Shown: positions 49,805 through 59,899, counted from the first letter of the stretch. The stretch: DNA of 64,000 bases from Abditibacterium sp. (GCA_965199495.1 CBDASK010000003.1:864001-928000), one strand, 5' to 3'. Notes: generated by a model not told the origin, from the sequence alone. Numbers and translations are program-made.

Positions 49805-50274
49805 ATTTCGATATTACGCCCGCCCAACTTTGCGACGCCGCCGAAATTTTGGCATTGCAACACCTCGCCTATCAAAGCGAGGCGTTGCTTTACAACGCTT
49901 GGAACATTCCGCCTTTGACGCAGAATTTGGAGGAATTGCAGAACGATTTCCATGTCAAAATCGTTCTCAAAGCCTGCGACAGCGGGCGCATCATCGGTTC
50001 GGTGCGTGGCACCATTCGAGACGAAACTGCTTGCATTAAACGATTAATTGTTCATCCCGATTATCAGCGACAAGGCATCGGCGGCGCATTGATGACGCAA
50101 ATCGAGCATTGCTTCGATGCAGCCACGCGCATTGAATTGTTTACGGGCGAGAAGAGCGAGAGCAACATTCGGCTTTATCGAAAGTTGGGTTACGAGATTT
50201 TCAAACGTGAAGCGATCAATCCAAATTTGACTTTTGTGTGGATGGAAAAACTCATTTCACCAAAGATATTATGA
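49801..50274 (+). CDS. GNAT N-acetyltransferase
   Basis: RLIVHPDYQRQGIG..NIRLYRKLGY. Confidence 0.88.
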   Translation: MNFDITPAQLCDAAEILALQHLAYQSEALLYNAWNIPPLTQNLEELQNDFHVKIVLKACDSGRIIGSVRGTIRDETACIKRLIVHPDYQRQGIGGALMTQIEHCFDAATRIELFTGEKSESNIRLYRKLGYEIFKREAINPNLTFVWMEKLISPKIL

Positions 50275-50731
50275 ATGATGCGCACGCGCTCAACGCCGCC
50301 AAAGTGCGGACGTGATTCCAAATCATCCACGCGCCATAAAACGAAGCCCACGCCGTGGCTGCATCGGGCGCGTCGGGTTTTAAAGTCGCCAACGCATCGT
50401 TGAGCGGCACGTTTCCCCCTGCCGTTACGCCAAAGGTGCCGATCAAATAAAGCGCGCACCCGACCAGCAGCCACGCCGCATTGGGTTGTTTCCATCCGAC
50501 AAATGCCAGAACGAGCGACAACAGCGCCGTGCCCATAAAAACCAGCATGAATAGCGGGTTGATGACGGCGAGGTTGATGCTTTGCATCGCGGCGATGGCT
50601 TGCGGCGCGGGCAGGCGCTTGAGCGCGGGCATCACGAAGACCGAAAACGCGAAGAACGTTCCGGCCATCAGAGCGCAACCCAGCGCGACAGCGAGTTTGG
50701 CGGCGAAAAGCCAGCGGTCGAGCGAGGACAT
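50252..50731 (-). CDS. DUF1772/anthrone oxygenase-family membrane protein
   Basis: AGTFFAFS.FVMPAL..AMQSIN..NVPLND.L..WNHVRT. Confidence 0.85.
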   Translation of the reverse strand: MSSLDRWLFAAKLAVALGCALMAGTFFAFSVFVMPALKRLPAPQAIAAMQSINLAVINPLFMLVFMGTALLSLVLAFVGWKQPNAAWLLVGCALYLIGTFGVTAGGNVPLNDALATLKPDAPDAATAWASFYGAWMIWNHVRTLAALSACASFIISLVK

Positions 50732-50741
50732 GAAAGCTATT

Positions 50742-51953
50742 TTAACCCAGCTTGCGCGATTTCGGGTCGAGTGCATCGCGCAGACCGTCGCCTAAAAAGT
50801 TAAAAGCTAAAGTCGCCATAAAAATAGTCAGGCCGGGCGCTAAAATCCACGGGCGCGTCGTTAGCGTTGTGTTATCTTGGGCCGCCGAAAGCATGTTGCC
50901 CCAACTCGCCATCGGATCGCGGATGCCCAAACCCAAAAAGCTCAGGCCCGCTTCAGCCAGAATATAGCCGGGCACGCTCATCGTGGCGGCGATAATGGCG
51001 TAGGTGAACGTCGAGGGCAAAATGTGGCGCGTGATTAATTGCATATCGCTCAGCCCCAGCGATTTGCCCGCCTCGACGTATTCGCGCTCGCGCACGCTCA
51101 AAACCATGCCGCGCACGATGCGCGCCATGCCCGCCCAACCGACGAAGCTCAAAATGATGATAATCAGGAAATAAACGACGACCGGATTGAGCGTCGGCGG
51201 CAGAGCGGCAGCCAACGCCAGCAATAGATAAAAATCGGGCACTGACATAATCACTTCGCAGCCGCGCATAATCAAATCGTCGGTGCGCCCACCGTAAAAC
51301 CCGGCGATGCCGCCGACGAGCATTCCCAGCGTGAAGGTAATCGCGATGCCGATAAATCCGACGGACAAACTGATCATCGAACCGAAGATGAGACGCGAGA
51401 AATAATCGCGCCCGAATTGGTCGGTGCCCAACAAGAAAACCGGCCCATTTTCGGCGCCCGTCAGATGAACGTCGGTTGGAATGAAACCCCATAATTTGTA
51501 GGGCGTGCCGTGAATAAAAAACCGCAACGGCCATTTTTTGGCTTTATCGGGCAGCCAATCGCCCGCCTGATAGGTCGTGCCGTAGACGAACGGCATCGGA
51601 TCGAACCGCACCCGCATCGGCGGATGATAAGACGCGTTGATGCCTTGCGGATTTTGATCGTTGTAATCGTAGGTCGCCACGAACTGCCCGAAAATCGCGA
51701 CCAAATACATGACGACGAGAAGCCACAAACCGATCATCGAGAGCCGATTCTTGCGGAGTTCCTTCCACGCGAGTTGCGCCGGGCTGCCGGTATCAGGCGG
51801 CAAATCGCGCGCGGCTTTGCCAGTCAACATTTGGTTGCCCGCGCGCCGTTCGCTTTTGCTCAGTTCGACGGGCGAAAGCGCGGGCGCGGCGATAATTTGG
51901 CCTTCGGTGGCGCCGGGCAAAGGTTCGGGCGGGCTTTGAGTAGGGTCTTGCAT
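50742..51953 (-). CDS. Peptide ABC transporter permease (DppC/OppC family)
   Basis: LLGTDQFGRD, EAA loop (EYVEAGKSLG) and FNFLGDGLRDALDP. Confidence 0.92.
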   Translation of the reverse strand: MQDPTQSPPEPLPGATEGQIIAAPALSPVELSKSERRAGNQMLTGKAARDLPPDTGSPAQLAWKELRKNRLSMIGLWLLVVMYLVAIFGQFVATYDYNDQNPQGINASYHPPMRVRFDPMPFVYGTTYQAGDWLPDKAKKWPLRFFIHGTPYKLWGFIPTDVHLTGAENGPVFLLGTDQFGRDYFSRLIFGSMISLSVGFIGIAITFTLGMLVGGIAGFYGGRTDDLIMRGCEVIMSVPDFYLLLALAAALPPTLNPVVVYFLIIIILSFVGWAGMARIVRGMVLSVREREYVEAGKSLGLSDMQLITRHILPSTFTYAIIAATMSVPGYILAEAGLSFLGLGIRDPMASWGNMLSAAQDNTTLTTRPWILAPGLTIFMATLAFNFLGDGLRDALDPKSRKLG

Positions 51954-51960
51954 TGGCAAA

Positions 51961-52365
51961 TTAATCTTCGTGTTCGAGTTCTTCGGGCCATTCGTCGTCT
52001 ATCGTCAGTTGCGCTTGGTCGCCCGCCACGAATTTTTCCAGTTGCGCACGGTCGGCAAACGTAATTTGGTTATGGCTGATTTCGGTGCCGTCGCCCGGCT
52101 GTTCTTCATCGCTGAAACATTGCATCAACTTGCGCAAACCCAAAAATTTGAACTCGGCTGGCTCATCGCTTAGAGTCAAACCTTTGAAAGGATGATCGCG
52201 ATTTTGATCGTGAGTTTCATCTTCACGGGCGCGAGCCTCAGCTTTGGCATGCGCCTCTTTCGGCGTGGTTGCCTCAATCAAGAAGATATTTTCCCAAATC
52301 GGAAACTCAGTTTGCTCACCCGAATTCAGGCGAATGAGCATCACAGCGTGCGCGGCATACCACAT
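51961..52365 (-). CDS. DUF4288-like protein
   Basis: WY..E..FLIEA...EA..KA..F.GLRKL..DGTEI. Confidence 0.65.
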   Translation of the reverse strand: MWYAAHAVMLIRLNSGEQTEFPIWENIFLIEATTPKEAHAKAEARAREDETHDQNRDHPFKGLTLSDEPAEFKFLGLRKLMQCFSDEEQPGDGTEISHNQITFADRAQLEKFVAGDQAQLTIDDEWPEELEHED

Positions 52366-52376
52366 AAATTTATCTC

Positions 52377-53339
52377 CTACGAAAACTTAATGCGTGGATC
52401 GGTGACCGCCAGCAAAATATCGGCGACCAAGTTGCCCGCGATTAACAACAGCGTGCCCATCACGAACGAGGCCATCGCGACATACAAATCGCTACTCTGC
52501 ACCGATTCGAGCAATAGACGCCCCAATCCCGGCCATGCCATCACGTTTTCGACCAAGGCAGAACCCGCCAAAAGTCCCGATAATTCGTAGCCAAATAAAG
52601 TAATCAACGGGTTAATCGAGTTGCGCACCGCGTGTTTCCATACGACTTTGCGTTCGCTGAGGCCGCGCGCGCGCGCCGCCAAAATATAATTTTCGCCCAG
52701 CACTTCCAGAGTGTTGCCGCGCATCTGGCGCATCAGACCAGCCACGCCGCGCGTGCCCAGCACCAAAACCGGCAAAATCAAGTGCCAGCCGGTGTCCTTG
52801 ATTTTATCAATTTGTGACATCGCTTCGTAGCCAATCGAAGTCGCGCCGCCCACGGGAAAATAGCCGTGTTCCGAAGCGAACTTCATCGCCAGCAATGCCA
52901 CGAAAAATCCCGGCAACGAAATGCCCGCAAACGCCAAAAAATTGGCCGCCCGATCCGCGAAACCGTTGCGATGGCGCGCGATGTAAACGCCCAGAGGAAT
53001 TGCCACGACCCACGCCAAAATCGTTGCCCACAACGACAAAATGAAGGTGTAATAAAGCCGTTGCTTTATCAGCGTGACTGCCTCGATTTTATAGCGAAAC
53101 GAGTAACCGAAATCGCCGTGCAGCGCGTTCCACAGCCAGCGCCCATATTGCACGTAAAGCGGCTGATCGAGGCCGAAACTTTTGCGCAGACTTTCAATAG
53201 TTTCGGGCCGAATCGTCGGCTGGCCGCGCAAAGTATCGAGGTAATCCGGCCCCAGTTGCATTACGCCAAACGACAGCACCGTTACGGCGAGCAAAAGTGG
53301 GATGAGCTGTAAAAGTCGGCGGAGAATAAAACGTTTCAT
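52377..53339 (-). CDS. Peptide ABC transporter permease (DppB/OppB family)
   Basis: FILRRL, GLDQP..QY..W, YILAARARGL and DPRI. Confidence 0.92.
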   Translation of the reverse strand: MKRFILRRLLQLIPLLLAVTVLSFGVMQLGPDYLDTLRGQPTIRPETIESLRKSFGLDQPLYVQYGRWLWNALHGDFGYSFRYKIEAVTLIKQRLYYTFILSLWATILAWVVAIPLGVYIARHRNGFADRAANFLAFAGISLPGFFVALLAMKFASEHGYFPVGGATSIGYEAMSQIDKIKDTGWHLILPVLVLGTRGVAGLMRQMRGNTLEVLGENYILAARARGLSERKVVWKHAVRNSINPLITLFGYELSGLLAGSALVENVMAWPGLGRLLLESVQSSDLYVAMASFVMGTLLLIAGNLVADILLAVTDPRIKFS

Positions 53340-53370
53340 TTTTGAGACGGGAACAAGGAACAACCATAAC

Positions 53371-55242
53371 TCATGGCTTGGCCCGCGTGGCTTTCAGATC
53401 ATACAACTCTTCCAAATTCCACGTCACGCCGCCCAGCGAACACGGTTTGACGTTGCCGAAACGATTATACAGCGCCACAATCGCGTCGGGCACGACGGTA
53501 TAAATATACGGTTGCTGCTCGCCGACGATCTTCTGAAAATCGCCATAAATCGCTTTGCGCTTGACCGGATCCATCTGCTGCGCGCCCTCGCGAAACAGCG
53601 TGTCAATTTGGGCCTCCCAAGGGCGCGTCGGCTTGGTTTGATACGGCTCCCACTGATGCATATTGCCGCCACTGTTCCACACGTTGACACCGTTGTGCGG
53701 CTCGACGCCGCCAGTTAAACCCAAAATCATCGCCTGCCAATCGAACGGCGGATAGGGTTTGCCCGGAATCACCTGATTGTCCACACGCGAAATTAGCGTC
53801 GGAAATGCGATGGCAGTAAAGGTCGCATCTATGCCGATTTTCTTCAAATCGTCGGTCACAATCGTGGCCGTGCCGACGCGCAATTTGTTCTCAACATTGG
53901 TAATGATATTGAAGCTCACTGGCTTGCCGTTGGGCAATTCCAAAATGCCGTCGCCGTTGGTATCTTTCAGTCCGATGTCCTGCAACATCGCTTTGGCTTT
54001 GGCCGGATTATATTCAAATTTGGGAATATCTTTGGTATAAAACAGTTTGTTGGCCGGAGTTTCCGGGCCGTAGCCGGGCTGCGCCAAACCATCGAACACA
54101 TTGCGCACGATCTGCTCGCGGTTAATCGCGTGCGAAACCGCCTGACGAAAACGCACATCGTTGAACAATTTGAACAGCTCCGGGTTTTGCTGCGCCGGTT
54201 TGCTGCGCATGTTCATGTTAAACGACAAAAAGTTGGTCGTCGTCGTCGGGCCGAGATTGGTGACTTTGAAATTTTTGGCGTCGGCCTTGGCGCTGACGGT
54301 TTTATAATCGCTTTGCGGAACGGGCATCACGTCGGTTTCGCCGCTCAAAAATTTCAGCGTCGTCGTGTTGGTGTCGGGCACAATGAGCGTCACCAAACGA
54401 TCAATATAGGGCAATTGGTCGCCGTTATCGGCTTTCTTCCAGTAATAGGGATTGCGTTTGTAAATCATGCGCTGGCCGGGCACATAAGAATCGAAAATAT
54501 ACGGCCCGCTGCACACGATTTTGGTGACATCAGTATCAATGCCCCACTTGGGATTGAACGCGGTTTTGCCGGGTTGGCCCTGTTTCCACGCCGCGTAAAG
54601 CGCGTGTTTGGGCGCGACGGGAATGTTGATAATATCGCGCGCCGGAGCGTAGGGAACCGGAAAAATAAAAGCGATTTTATCGGCGCCGACTTTTTTATAT
54701 TTGATCGGCTCGCGCTTGAAACCGCCTTTGCCATCGGGCACATCAACCTTCAGACCTTCGCGCATATTGGTTTGGACTTTCTCGTCGAAAATCACGTCGA
54801 GCGTGAACATCACGTCGTCCACCGTTAAAGGCTGGCCATCGCTCCATTTCAGACCCGGCTTCATGGTGAAAGTCCACGTCAGTTGGTCGGCTGAAACTTC
54901 GGGCAGTTCGGCCAGAGCGCTTTCCCATTGCAGCGTGTAGGAGTTGCGATTAATCAGCGTCGAAAACAGGTTGCCAACGGCATCGCCCGAACCGGCGTCG
55001 GCGGAAACCCACAGGTTGAAAGTTTTCGGATCGCCCAACGCCGAATCGGTCAGCGTGCCGCCATATTTGCCCGGTTTGGATTCGGGTTCTTTAACCTCGC
55101 CACCCTGCGCGTCGGCCAAACCGGCAGTGACGCGCGATTCATCGTTGACAGCGACGTTGGAATCGGCGAATTTTTCTTGCCCGCCGCAACCAGCCACGGC
55201 CACAAGAGACAAAATCGAGAACAGATAAAGGGGACGCATCAT
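53371..55242 (-). CDS. Peptide ABC transporter substrate-binding lipoprotein
   Basis: Lipobox VAGC; DPKTFN, KWSDG.P.T.DDV and RFRQAVSHAINR. Confidence 0.92.
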   Translation of the reverse strand: MMRPLYLFSILSLVAVAGCGGQEKFADSNVAVNDESRVTAGLADAQGGEVKEPESKPGKYGGTLTDSALGDPKTFNLWVSADAGSGDAVGNLFSTLINRNSYTLQWESALAELPEVSADQLTWTFTMKPGLKWSDGQPLTVDDVMFTLDVIFDEKVQTNMREGLKVDVPDGKGGFKREPIKYKKVGADKIAFIFPVPYAPARDIINIPVAPKHALYAAWKQGQPGKTAFNPKWGIDTDVTKIVCSGPYIFDSYVPGQRMIYKRNPYYWKKADNGDQLPYIDRLVTLIVPDTNTTTLKFLSGETDVMPVPQSDYKTVSAKADAKNFKVTNLGPTTTTNFLSFNMNMRSKPAQQNPELFKLFNDVRFRQAVSHAINREQIVRNVFDGLAQPGYGPETPANKLFYTKDIPKFEYNPAKAKAMLQDIGLKDTNGDGILELPNGKPVSFNIITNVENKLRVGTATIVTDDLKKIGIDATFTAIAFPTLISRVDNQVIPGKPYPPFDWQAMILGLTGGVEPHNGVNVWNSGGNMHQWEPYQTKPTRPWEAQIDTLFREGAQQMDPVKRKAIYGDFQKIVGEQQPYIYTVVPDAIVALYNRFGNVKPCSLGGVTWNLEELYDLKATRAKP

Positions 55243-55384
55243 GGAAAATTCAAACGCTCGCGAGTTGAGAGCCGAGCGTCAAAAAGCTGCATTCTATTTT
55301 ATCCGATTCAGACTTCACCCATTGAGCGTTTGAAATACAACCGAAACAGGGGGCGGCTAACTCCCCTAAAAAGCGAGACAAAAC

Positions 55385-55416
55385 AAAAAAGCCGCTCGAA
55401 ATTCGAGCGGCTTTTT
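55385..55416. terminator. Terminator downstream of the flp pilin gene
   Basis: AAAAAAGCCGCTCGAA-A-TTCGAGCGGCTTTTT. Confidence 0.85.
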
Positions 55417-55438
55417 GCAATTCGGCTGGGAAGCGGAA

Positions 55439-55603
55439 TTAGGTGGTGGTAACGATGGAGTTGGACGCGGTGCCGAAGACACCTTTGATTTTGCCGCCCA
55501 ACAGGGTCAGCACAGCGATAACAACGAGGGCGATCAGCGAGATCAAAAGGCCGTATTCAACGAGGGTCTGGCCCTCTTCTTCTTGCAAAAATTGTTTCAT
55601 CAT
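55439..55603 (-). CDS. flp: Flp/Fap (type IVc/Tad) pilin, 54 aa, absent from the ORF track
   Basis: MMKQFLQEEEG|QTLVEYGLLISLIALVVIAVLTLLG...; AGGAG RBS at 55616-55620. Confidence 0.9.
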   Translation of the reverse strand: MMKQFLQEEEGQTLVEYGLLISLIALVVIAVLTLLGGKIKGVFGTASNSIVTTT

Positions 55604-55685
55604 GGGTAATTTATTCTCCTAAATTTTGAGGCGGGCGTTTTGGTTTCGCTTTCTGGGCTAACCTCGCCGCCACGAAACTTTATGT

Positions 55686-55701
55686 AGCAACGGAATTGCC
55701 A
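55686..55701 (-). promoter_or_regulatory. sigma54-type (-24/-12) promoter of flp
   Basis: The minus strand reads TGGCAATTCCGTTGCT, with exact GG-N10-GC spacing. Confidence 0.6.
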
Positions 55702-55731
55702 GCAGAAAAATTTCTCAATTTAAATTTAGCG

Positions 55732-56364
55732 TTAGGTATAAATCGTGGTGCGTTTCGATTTCCAGTCGTGCTGTTCGAGCGCACGCCAGATGGCGCGCGC
55801 GATTTTGCCGCCGCCGCGCACTGATGGCTCGATTTCGTTGGCGTAATCGGCGCATTCGCCGCAAACCAGACGCAAGTCAATGAGGGGCGCGCCGAACTCG
55901 ACGGCGTTGCGAGTGATGGATTCGTTGAAGAGCGCCAGGCCGGTGGCGACTAACTGCCCGGTGCGCGCATCGGCGAAGTTGGCGTCGTAAATTGTGCAAA
56001 CGATCAACGGTAAACCCGTTTTTTCGAGTAATTTCATCACTTCGGCGTGCGCCAGCCCAAAGGCGTCGGCGATGGCGCGCGATTTGAGCAGAACTTCGGC
56101 GACCGAACCCGCCTCTTCCATTAAAAAATCTGAGTTCATCAACGCATCGTTGCCGCCGACGCTTATTACTAAATGCGTCGCATCCGGGGGCAAATGTTTG
56201 AGTTGGCGAGCGATGTCAACCGTCATATCGCCATCGGTGGCCAGCAAAGTGACGCAATCGTCCGCAGCCATCAGACGATGCAATTGGGCGGCGACATCGG
56301 GGCCGCCGTCCGTATAAGCGGCGTTATCTAAAATTGAGTCGCCTAATAAAACTACGTGTTTCAT
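55732..56364 (-). CDS. SGNH/GDSL hydrolase
   Basis: LLGDSILDN, SVGGNDAL and DYANEIEPS. Confidence 0.85.
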   Translation of the reverse strand: MKHVVLLGDSILDNAAYTDGGPDVAAQLHRLMAADDCVTLLATDGDMTVDIARQLKHLPPDATHLVISVGGNDALMNSDFLMEEAGSVAEVLLKSRAIADAFGLAHAEVMKLLEKTGLPLIVCTIYDANFADARTGQLVATGLALFNESITRNAVEFGAPLIDLRLVCGECADYANEIEPSVRGGGKIARAIWRALEQHDWKSKRTTIYT

Positions 56365-56489
56365 GAGTTGTTTCGTCCCCCATTTAAGCCTGCCACGCGA
56401 GTGAATTACCTTGAAGGCAATTCGCGCAAATTGTCATACTAAATCTTACGATTTTAGAGCGCAGTCCATCCGCTCCGCGCGATTTCTCC

Positions 56490-57488
56490 ATGAATTCTTC
56501 CCTTCCACTCTCGCTGGTTCCCGACTTTGATTTGCCCGATGGTTCGCGCGCCTCGCATTGGCGCGGGCGTCCACTGATTGTCGCGTTTGCGCCCGACGAC
56601 TGGAATCCGGCGCGCGCGCAGCAAAACGAAATTTGGCATCAGTTGGCGGCGCAGTTTGGTGCCGAAATCGTGGACACCTCCTCCGACGACTGGCACGCCT
56701 TTGACAGCCACGGCGAGACGGCGATGCGTTTTGGCGTGCGCGGGCAACGCGCCATTTTCGTCATTGACGAAAATGGCCAAATCGCCTGGCAGTGGAAATC
56801 GGACGGCGAAGAGGTCGCGCCCGGCGAAGTGTTGGCGGCTTTGGAAAAGTTGGATGTGACCGAAAAACGCGGCGCTTTGTCGCGCCGCTCGTTTTTGGCG
56901 GCGACGTTGGCGGCGAGCGCGGTTTTGGCGCTTTCGGGTCGCGGCGCACTCGCGCGCAACCAGAACGAACTGACGCCGCCCGCGCCGGGCGAAGCGCGCT
57001 TCAAATCGAGCGATTCCTACGACAAAACCGATACGATTCCGGTGAAGTTGCGCGTCAACGGCAAAGTTCGCACGCTGCAAATCGAGTCGCGCGTGGCGCT
57101 TTTGGACGCGTTACGCGAATACATCGGTTTGACCGGCAGCAAAAAAGGCTGCGATCACGGTCAGTGCGGCGCCTGCACCGTTCATATTGATGGCGAGCGC
57201 CAACTGTCGTGTTTAACGCTGGCGGTCATGGCGCAGGGCCGCGAAATCACCACCATCGAAGGTTTGTCGCAGGGCGAGAACTTGCATCCGATGCAAATGG
57301 CGTTCGTGCAAAACGATGCGTTTCAATGCGGTTATTGCACGCCGGGCCAAATCATGTCGGCGGTCGCGCTGCAACGCGAGGGAGGCGACGGCTCGGACGC
57401 CCAAATCCGCGAAGGCATGAGCGGAAATTTGTGTCGTTGCGCCGCGTATCCCAACATTGTGGCAGCGATCAAAGCGGCGCGTGCGTAA
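56490..57488 (+). CDS. Redoxin-like domain fused to a PaoA/YagT-like 2Fe-2S subunit
   Basis: C-terminal GSKKGCDHGQCGACT, FQCGYCTPGQ and NLCRC; internal SRRSFL Tat-like motif; N-terminal RAIFVIDENGQIAW. Confidence 0.85.
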   Translation: MNSSLPLSLVPDFDLPDGSRASHWRGRPLIVAFAPDDWNPARAQQNEIWHQLAAQFGAEIVDTSSDDWHAFDSHGETAMRFGVRGQRAIFVIDENGQIAWQWKSDGEEVAPGEVLAALEKLDVTEKRGALSRRSFLAATLAASAVLALSGRGALARNQNELTPPAPGEARFKSSDSYDKTDTIPVKLRVNGKVRTLQIESRVALLDALREYIGLTGSKKGCDHGQCGACTVHIDGERQLSCLTLAVMAQGREITTIEGLSQGENLHPMQMAFVQNDAFQCGYCTPGQIMSAVALQREGGDGSDAQIREGMSGNLCRCAAYPNIVAAIKAARA

Positions 57489-57492
57489 CCCC

Positions 57493-57553
57493 AATCGTAG
57501 GGGCTTGCCGCGCAAGCCTTGATTCAGGTCTTGCGCGGCAAGCCCCTACGATT
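57493..57553. repeat. Compact REP-like doublet
   Basis: AATCGTAGGGGCTTGCCGCGCAAGCC ... GTCTTGCGCGGCAAGCCCCTACGATT. Confidence 0.8.
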
Positions 57554-57563
57554 TATCAAACCA

Positions 57564-58601
57564 ATGAAACCCTTCAAATACCAGCGCGCTCAGAGCTTCG
57601 ATGCAGCCACGGCGCAAGCGTTGGGCGATGGCGGCCTCGATTTCGTCGCGGGCGGCACCACGCAAATTGACCTGATGAAAGAGAACGTGATGCAGCCCAA
57701 CGTGTTGCTCGATCTCAACCCGATTTTGTCGCGCGACATCATCACGCGTGAGGGCGGTTTACGCATCGGCGCGGGCGTGTCCAATACGGCGGCGGCTCAC
57801 CATCCCGAAATCGTGGGCCGCTATCCCGGTTTGTCCGAGGCGATTTTGGCGGGCGCGTCGGGCCAAATCCGCAACATGGCGACGATGGGCGGCAACGTTT
57901 TGCAAAAAACGCGCTGTCCTTATTATCGCGATACCGCCCTGCCCTGCAACAAACGCGAGCCGGGTTCGGGTTGCGGCGCCATCGGCGGCATCAACGCCAA
58001 TCACGCGATTTTCGGCGGCAGTCCCGAATGTATCAAGCTCTATCAGGGCGATATGGCCGTGATGCTAAGCGCGCTCGACGCCATCGTGCAAACGCGTTTG
58101 CCGAGCGGCGCGCGCTCGATCAAGATGCCCGATTTGCATCGTCTGCCGGGCGATACACCGCAATTCGACACGATTTTGCAGCCGGGCGAAATCATCACTT
58201 TTATAGATTTGCCCGCGTTTTCGGGCCGCTCGCATTATCTCAAAGTGCGCGACCGCGCCAGCTACGCCTACGCGCGCGTGAGTTGCGCCGTCGCGATGGA
58301 ATTGCAGGGCGAGAAAATCAAAAGCGCGCGCATCGCGCTGGGCAGCGTCGCGCCCAAACCGTGGCGCGCCACGCAAGCCGAAGCGATGTTAGCTGGCCAA
58401 ACGCCGACCGAAGAACTCTTTCGCGAAGCCGCCCGCGCCGCGTTCGCCGACGCCAAACCGTTGGAATACAACGCTTACAAAGTGCCGCTGGGCCAAAACG
58501 TCATGGTGCGATGCCTGATGGAAACCAGTGGATTGATGCCATTGCAGGGAAAATCCGGCACCGTCTTCGCTTCCAGCGTCGGCGCCGTGGCTGGCATGTG
58601 A
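57564..58601 (+). CDS. PaoB/YagS-like FAD-binding subunit
   Basis: AGGTTQIDLMK, GASGQIRNMAT.GGN.LQ.TRC.YYRD and YLKVRDRASY. Confidence 0.9.
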   Translation: MKPFKYQRAQSFDAATAQALGDGGLDFVAGGTTQIDLMKENVMQPNVLLDLNPILSRDIITREGGLRIGAGVSNTAAAHHPEIVGRYPGLSEAILAGASGQIRNMATMGGNVLQKTRCPYYRDTALPCNKREPGSGCGAIGGINANHAIFGGSPECIKLYQGDMAVMLSALDAIVQTRLPSGARSIKMPDLHRLPGDTPQFDTILQPGEIITFIDLPAFSGRSHYLKVRDRASYAYARVSCAVAMELQGEKIKSARIALGSVAPKPWRATQAEAMLAGQTPTEELFREAARAAFADAKPLEYNAYKVPLGQNVMVRCLMETSGLMPLQGKSGTVFASSVGAVAGM

Positions 58602-58719
58602 ATTTCAGTGACAAGGGGCAGGGAACAAGGAACAAGGAAACGCACGCTTAAAACGTAGAATCACGCTTTCTTTCCGCTAATTTCTTGTTCCTTTTTCCCT
58701 GCCCCTTGCCCCTTTATCT

Positions 58720-59703
58720 ATGCACGAACGCACTGCAATTCTCGACTTGTGGAATGCCGCTCATGCCGCCGAAATTGACGCGGCGTTGGCGACGGTCGTC
58801 GAAGTCAAAGGCTCGGCCTATCGCCGCGCGGGCGCGCGCATGATTTTGACAAATGATGGGCGCAGTGCGGGCATTCTCAACGGCGGCTGTTTGGACGCCG
58901 ATTTGTGGATTCGCGCACGGCAAGCGATGGAAAGCGGGCGCGCGCAGTTAGCGATTTATGACACGCAATCTTCGCAAGATATTGTTTTCGGATTGGGTTT
59001 GGGTTGTCGCGGCGTGGTCAAAATTTTGATCGAACCCATCGAAAATCTCGATTGGCTACGCGACGACGCCGTCGCCGTGGCTGCATTCGAGGACGAGTTA
59101 GAATTGGGCACGCGCGCCGGAGACGACGAATTCGTCGGGCGCCCGCAAATCATCGCGACCGCGACGGGACGCGCGTTCATCGAACGATTGGAGGCGCCGC
59201 AACCGTTAATCATTTTTGGCGCGGGCGCCGACGCGGTGCCGCTCGCGCAGATGGTCGAATTGTTGGGCTGGAACGTGCAAATCGTTGATCCGCGCGCGCC
59301 GCATTCAGAGCGCCCAGTTCACTTGCCCAACGCGCGATATGTGGCATCCGAACGGTTGGGCGAACTTCAAATTCCGGCGCGCGCGGCGTGCGTTTTGATG
59401 ACGCATAACTTTTTGCACGATCTCGAAATTTTGAAACGCTTGTTGCCATCGAACGCGAGTTACATCGGATTGTTGGGGCCGCGCCGCCGCGCCGATGAAC
59501 TGTTGGAAAAGTTGAACGAAGAAACTTTATCGCCGGGCATAGCAGCCACGGCGGAGCAGTTGGCGAAGTTGCACGCGCCAATTGGCCTCGACATCGGCGC
59601 CGAAACGCCCGCCGAGATCGCTCTGGCGATTGTCGCGGAAATCCAGAAAATTCGGCGCGCCAAAAGCGGCGCGAGCCTACGAGAGTTGAACGCGATTCAT
59701 TGA
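58720..59703 (+). CDS. XdhC/PaoD-family molybdenum cofactor insertion chaperone
   Basis: GSAYRRAGARM, GGCL, GLGCRG, YIGLLGP and PIGLDIGAETPAEIAL. Confidence 0.9.
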   Translation: MHERTAILDLWNAAHAAEIDAALATVVEVKGSAYRRAGARMILTNDGRSAGILNGGCLDADLWIRARQAMESGRAQLAIYDTQSSQDIVFGLGLGCRGVVKILIEPIENLDWLRDDAVAVAAFEDELELGTRAGDDEFVGRPQIIATATGRAFIERLEAPQPLIIFGAGADAVPLAQMVELLGWNVQIVDPRAPHSERPVHLPNARYVASERLGELQIPARAACVLMTHNFLHDLEILKRLLPSNASYIGLLGPRRRADELLEKLNEETLSPGIAATAEQLAKLHAPIGLDIGAETPAEIALAIVAEIQKIRRAKSGASLRELNAIH

Positions 59704-59705
59704 GT

Positions 59706-59879
59706 GTGAGGCGTTTAGCCCCCTCCCCAGCCCTCTCCCGGAACGGGGGAGGGAACACCCACTCGGAGTTATGATTTGTTTCAACTAACTTCAAGTTAGT
59801 TGAACCTAACTAAAACCTGCTCGAACGTGCTCCCTCTCCCGGAACGGGGGAGGGCTGGGGAGGGGGCTAAACGCCTCAC
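59706..59879. repeat. Inverted repeat of the CCCCTCCCCAGCCCTCTCCC...GGGGAGGG family
   Basis: Outer 29-bp arms are perfect (59706-59734 / 59851-59879); each unit has an internal hairpin. Confidence 0.8.
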
Positions 59880-59899
59880 CACAAAAAACCAAAATTATC

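Noticed and set aside
50742..55242. ABC operon lacking ATPase genes
   Set aside because: ATPases are commonly encoded elsewhere, so this is not unusual.
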